Shown here: piece by piece, positions 50,458-64,000 of the stretch
How positions within the stretch are numbered: position 1 is the stretch's first letter
How the letters are laid out: each line of letters opens with the position of its first letter
Assembly: GCF_009914755.1 (NCBI RefSeq)
Contig: NC_060941.1
From: the human T2T-CHM13v2.0 reference genome, Homo sapiens
Strand: one strand, 5' to 3'
DNA length: 64,000 nucleotides
The notes under the pieces: generated by a model
What the model saw: the letters and a program-made list of their open reading frames with translations, nothing else
What the model was told of the DNA's origin: nothing
Databases searched by the model: none
Made by a program: the position numbers and the translations under genes

Positions 50458-51907
50458 GACTCCTAGTTGATGGTTGCTCTATACTGGAGACTCCTAGTTG
50501 ATGGCTGCTCTAATCTGGAGACTCCTAGTTGATGGTTAATCTGGAGACGCCTAGTTGATGGTTGCTCTAATCTGGAGACTCTTAGTTGATGGTTGCTCTA
50601 ATCTGGAGACTCCTAGTTGATGGTTAATCTGGAGACGCCTAGTTGATGGTTGCTCTAATCTGGAGATGCCTAGTTGATGGTTACTCTAATCTGGAGACGC
50701 CTAGTTGATGGTTACTCTAATCTGGAGACTCTTAGTTGATGGTTGCTCTAATCTGGAGACTCCTAGTTGATGGTTACTCTAATCTGGAGACTCCTAGTTG
50801 ATGGTTGCTCTAATCTGGAGACTCCTAGTTGATGGTTACTCTAATCTGGAGACTCCTAGTTGATGGTTAATCTGGAGACTCCTAGTTGATGGTTAATCTG
50901 GAGACTCCTAGTTGATGGTTAATCTGGAGACTCCTAGTTGATGGTTAATCTGGAGACTCCTAGTTGATGGTTGCTCTAATCTGGAGACTCCTAGTTGATG
51001 GTTACTCTAATCTGGAGATGCCTAGTTGATGGTTACTCTAATCTGGAGACTCTTAGTTGATGGTTGCTCTAATCTGGAGACTCCTAGTTGATGGTTAATC
51101 TGGAGACTCCTAGTTGATGGTTGCTCTAATCTGGAGACTCCTAGTTGATGGTTGCTCTAATCTGGAGACTCCTAGTTGATGGTTACTCTAATCTGGAGAC
51201 GCCTAGTTGATGGTTACTCTAATCTGGAGACTCTTAGTTGATGGTTGCTCTAATCTGGAGACTCCTAGTTGATGGTTAATCTGGAGACTCCTAGTTGATG
51301 GTTAATCTGGAGACTCCTAGTTGATGGTTGCTCTAATCTGGAGACTCCTAGTTGATGGTTACTCTAATCTGGAGATGCCTAGTTGATGGTTACTCTAATC
51401 TGGAGACTCTTAGTTGATGGTTGCTCTAATCTGGAGACTCCTAGTTGATGGTTAATCTGGAGACTCCTAGTTGATGGTTGCTCTAATCTGGAGACTCCTA
51501 GTTGATGGTTGCTCTAATCTGGAGACTCCTAGTTGATGGTTACTCTAATCTGGAGACGCCTAGTTGATGGTTACTCTAATCTGGAGACTCTTAGTTGATG
51601 GTTGCTCTAATCTGGAGACTCCTAGTTGATGGTTAATCTGGAGACTCCTAGTTGATGGCTGCTCTAATGTGGAGACTCCTAGTTGATGGTTAATCTGGAG
51701 ACTCTTAGTTGATTGTTGCTCTAATCTGGAGACTCCTAGTTGATGGTTACTCTAATCTGGAGACTCCTAGTTGATGGTTAATCTGGAGACTCTTAGTTGA
51801 TGGTTGCTCTAATCTGGAGACTCCTAGTTGATGGTTACTCTAATCTGGAGACTCCTAGTTGATGGTTAATCTGGAGACTCCTAGTTGATGGTTAATCTGG
51901 AGACTCC
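50458..51907. repeat. 31/26 bp minisatellite, 49 units
   Basis: 34 x gactcctagttgatggtt(g/a)ctctaatctgga plus 15 x gactcctagttgatggttaatctgga = 1444 bp. Confidence 0.97.
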
Positions 51908-52035
51908 GAATTCCATGTTTATGCTTGCAGTCATTCCACTGTACACAAGACTTAAATTCTATATCTCCCAATAGAACAAAGATAACCCATGACTGCCAAA
52001 ACATCACTAAACCGTTAAAAGCGAGTGGACGAATT

Positions 52036-52166
52036 GGCTGGTCCGGGTGCAGTGGTGTTTAAAACTCATCAAAACCAGTTACAGATTTCTTTGTTCCTTC
52101 TTCACTCCCACTGCTTCACCTGACTAGCCTTAAAATTAAAAAAATAAAAATTAAAAATTAAAAAAA
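52036..52166 (+). pseudogene. Near full-length Y3 RNA retropseudogene with A-rich tail
   Basis: ggctggtccgggtgcagtggtgttt...ccagttacagatttctttgttccttc...gactagcctt; agtggac on both flanks (probable TSD remnant). Confidence 0.9.
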
Positions 52167-52519
52167 CTAGTGGACTAAGATTACACGTATAATGAAAAAT
52201 GAAATCTATCAATAGAAAAAACAATCCTGAGCCTGTCTAGACTTAACAATTAAAACTATATAATATAAAATTGACAGAACCAGCAAGAAAAATGGACAAA
52301 ACCATAACCAATGAAAAATTTTAATATACCTCTCAGAAACTGACAGATCAAGCAGTCCAAAAGTTAGTAAGAATATGTAAGATTTGAACAGCATAATGAA
52401 CAAGCTTGATTTAATGCACATAGAGAATGCTGCATCCTATAATTAAAGAATGCATATTCTTTTCAAACACATGTCAGACTTTTATAAAAACTAGTTCTGT
52501 AAGAGTCTAACATTCAAGC

Positions 52520-53667
<1,148 letters not shown>

Positions 53668-54237
53668 AACCTTTAATTATTAACTTCTTTAGGGAAAGGG
53701 CTGTTTTAATATCCATCTTTTTTTTTTTTTTTTTTTTTTGGTCAAGTCTTCCTGTGTGAGTGACACCTACCCATGTTTTATGCATTGCCAGTACTCAATA
53801 CTGAATTACACCAAATCCCTCTCCTTAAAATATCCCTGTTATTTTATTTAGTCAGATCAAGGAAATACATTAAAACAGTGTTCTCAAAGTGTAGTCTAAT
53901 ATGGTAAATACTGAAGTTATAACCCACCTAAAGAAAAGCTCTCTGGGGTACAATTTTTAAGACGGTCAAAGGAATTCTTGAGTCCAAAGAGTCTGCGAGT
54001 CGCCGCATTAAATAAATGGAAGTTTCAGTTTCAGGGACTTGATGTCTGCTCAATTGTTTGAAGCACAGGATTTTTAAAAATGACAACCCAGGCTTTTACT
54101 GTATATAAAATTAAGTACAAAATAATTATCCTCATAGTATGCCGTTCAGTTTCTAAATTTGGGGTGAAGGCATTTACATGCCATTTCCTGGCGCCTGCAG
54201 ACCCCAGCGTCGCCCCTTCGGGAGGCACGTGCTTTAC

Positions 54238-54437
54238 CTGTCGCCGTGTCAGGTGCGTCTGTGTGGCTGCCGCGCTGGATGAGTCTGGCTGCAAAGCTGT
54301 TCTCATCAAATGAAGTCCCATTTACCACGGGGACATCTTCGAAGGGGTTCACAGACTGGTCAGAAGACACTGTGATATGCTGCACTGCCAGCCACAGAGC
54401 CGTGCTGCCCTCGTGGTCTTTGAGTTCTAAATCTAGT
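54238..54437 (-). CDS. ANKFY1: ANKFY1 exon 10 (contains the NPF motif VNPFED)
   Basis: LDLELKDHEGSTALWLAVQ...VNPFEDV...DAPDTAT; 200 nt; NPF plus acidic residues is the EH-domain (EHD) ligand type. Confidence 0.95.
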
Positions 54438-54663
54438 CTGAAAAGCAGAAGCAGTGTCAACAGCACATACAATCTTTTTGAGACACTCTATACTGACAAC
54501 AACCTGGTTCTTTCTCTTTACCCTTTTTCAATGACACATTTTTTTTTTAGCTCACTTTAACTTCTTAATATATGCAACACTAAAGATGTTTAAAAAGAAT
54601 GATTTTTCACTCACAATCCCCCCTCACAACCGCCTTCTCACTTGTGCGTGTCTCCCTACGTAC

Positions 54664-54732
54664 TGTTTGCACTGCAGCAGCTGACTGAACACATATTCAT
54701 TCCCGGCCATGATGGACACATGTAAAGGAGTC
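54664..54732 (-). CDS. ANKFY1: ANKFY1 exon 9
   Basis: TPLHVSIMAGNEYVFSQLLQCK; 69 nt; phases match. Confidence 0.92.
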
Positions 54733-55233
54733 CTGCGGGATCCAAAAGAAGAGGGGTCAGTTCAGGACAGGCCTGTTCAGGATGACTCACGGCAAGACGC
54801 AACCAGAATCCCAGGCAGAATCACCACCCGCAAGAAATCCCACATTTCTACAAGGCTTCTAAAACCATGACCCAGTATCAAAACCTGAAAACGGATCTGC
54901 TTATATGTGACCATTATTCAGCGGCCAAAATGGACAAGAATCAGCTCAAGGAAGTGATCTCAAATACTCCCCAACTCAATCCCAACCCCTTCCTGAAGGC
55001 ACAGACAGGATTTTCTTGAGAACAGCAGTTTCTGCCACAGGTGTGCAGATTTTCCCTCATCTCTTCTCCATCAATTCTAAAAGGAAACTCTCCCCCATAA
55101 TCTTCTATTCTTCTCAAACACACTCAGAGCAGCAACAGGAAAGAACTGATGAAAGCGGCATTTAACCCCTTTCACTGCTTTCATTTAGCACTCGGGAGCC
55201 CTGCAGGAGACTGGCACTGCAGAGCCACCACTA

Positions 55234-55403
55234 ACACACACACACACACACCCCCGAGTCAGGGCCCAAGGCTGCACCTACCCACCCACCCCCCCCACCC
55301 CCCCCCACCCACACAGTGAGTCAGGGCCCAAGGCTGCACCTACCCCGCCCCCCACCTCCCCCCAAAAACACACACTTTGAGTCAGAGCCCAAGGCTGCAT
55401 CTA

Positions 55404-55447
<44 letters not shown>
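55234..55447. repeat. Compound repeat: 3 x gagtcag(g/a)gcccaaggctgca(c/t)ctac interleaved with C-tracts and (CA)n
   Basis: Direct inspection; (CA)~21 at 55406-55447. Confidence 0.9.
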
Positions 55448-55450
<3 letters not shown>

Positions 55451-56103
55451 GAGTTTATTGCCGTTGGAGGAAAAAAATAAAAGAATCAACAGCAGGGAAA
55501 GGGATGCAATTATTTTAGGAAATAAGGTAATTATCACATGATACTGAGATTTCATGAAGCTACATCTTATTTACGTACTTATCTATCACATAAATACATT
55601 CTCCTGTCTGACAACCAAACTTTACAAAAAATCTTTTTTTGAGAGGTTTTTCAAAGGTATAAAATACTGAGAATGTTCTAATGACAAGCGGGTCCCAACT
55701 GTGGTCAGTGATTCAGGTGACTTAACTATCCTTCACAGCCCCTCACACCACTGTCCCAAGACAAGTAGCCTTTTCTCAGATCCTACCACAAGGAATCCTC
55801 AACTATTTCTGGAAAGGGGCAAAATGAACACAATAAATATTGTTAAATATGCAAAGGGCCGTGCTATGGACAAAGGTAGCAAGCTGTGCAGATAAAGTGG
55901 GAGTGTTTACGAGAAGGTAAAATTGGGTTTAATATAGAGAATTTTCTAACAATTAGAATTTTCTAACAATTAGACCTCAATAGTTCTTCAAACTATCCAA
56001 GCAACTCTAAGAAATGCTACAAGGTTTCCTTGGAGGCACTGGACTAGATGACCACTCTGGTTCCTTCAAACATGAGATACAAATTGCTTAAAAGCTCGAA
56101 AAC

Positions 56104-63200
<7,097 letters not shown>

Positions 63201-64000
63201 CTAATCCAAGGAGATGGCATCCCTCTGGCCAAACATGTGCCCCCTGTGGACTCCCCCAAGACACTGCCTGCCTGTTCCACTCTTTAGATAAAATGACTGG
63301 TATACTTGGTTATTAGGATGATCACTGACTATTTTGTTGACAGATTCTAATGTGTGCTCAGACTAAACCAAAATCTCATATATTAAAGACTTTCACTCTT
63401 TAACAGTTAAAGTGAAAAAAACTCCTACAGGAACTGGACCTGGTTATGGCATTTCCAACGCAGGGGCAAGCGATGAATGGCAGGGTTGACCCCACCATTC
63501 CCCTGGTAATCACTGCTGGGTGTACTACTAACATTGCCTCGCATTCTCTGAACAAACCAATAAAGCAAAAGTAATTCCCACTTTATGGATAAGGAAGACG
63601 TAGAATGTGACTTGTCCAAGGCCACAGAGTAAACAGATGAGCTCAGATTCAAACCTTGGTGAATACCAGCTTCATAAAGCCAGTGCTCTGTCTACCGTAA
63701 TATGCAACACTCTAAAGTTAGCAAAATCAAGTTTATTATACCCACGCTGTAATCCACATACTTGCAAGCAATTAATAAACTCAGAGTGGAAGGTTAAATC
63801 ATCTGAAAATAAACATCAAAAATGTATCACTAATTCTTGGCAATTCTTGTATCTAAGCAATCACCAAAATATTTAATAACTCAAAGATGATTTATCATCA
63901 AACATAAGAATTAACTCCCTGGGAGGAAAGAAACAAAATTCTCAGATTTTTTTTTTTTAGTAACAGGGTATCTGTTTCCAAAATAAACATCTCAGACACG

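Noticed and set aside
50458-51907. CRISPR-like array of ~30-bp repeats
   Set aside because: Units abut with no unique spacers, there are no cas genes, and the context is a eukaryotic intron; it is a minisatellite
63421-63560. Candidate for the next upstream ANKFY1 exon
   Set aside because: No ankyrin-like translation with compatible splice sites found; that exon probably lies beyond the window

Overview
Primate (human-like) genomic DNA, very Alu-rich, recognisable as the ZZEF1 / CYB5D2 / ANKFY1 locus (human 17p13.2 from recall). It contains: (1) ZZEF1 coding exon 1 on the minus strand, head-to-head with CYB5D2 across a CpG-island bidirectional promoter that is split by an Alu; (2) the complete 4-exon CYB5D2 (neuferricin) CDS on the plus strand, 250+141+187+217 = 795 nt = 264 aa + stop; (3) the last 18 coding exons of ANKFY1 (Rabankyrin-5; ankyrin repeats plus C-terminal FYVE) on the minus strand, with a ~3.9 kb 3'UTR converging on CYB5D2. 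All exon boundaries were checked by hand for GT-AG and phase continuity. ANKFY1 exon numbers (8-25) assume the 25-exon model from recall. Most short ORFs in the supplied track are Alu or antisense artefacts. No new gene system is proven here. The best leads are: a ~0.8 kb minisatellite built from AP-1/ARE sites, an 18-bp VNTR resembling a natural SMAD CAGA array, a 49-unit minisatellite with a 357-bp higher-order duplication, two Y3-RNA retrocopies, a stop-depleted coding-like relic in an ANKFY1 intron, a NAGNAG acceptor, and a possible intronic-polyadenylation isoform lacking FYVE.
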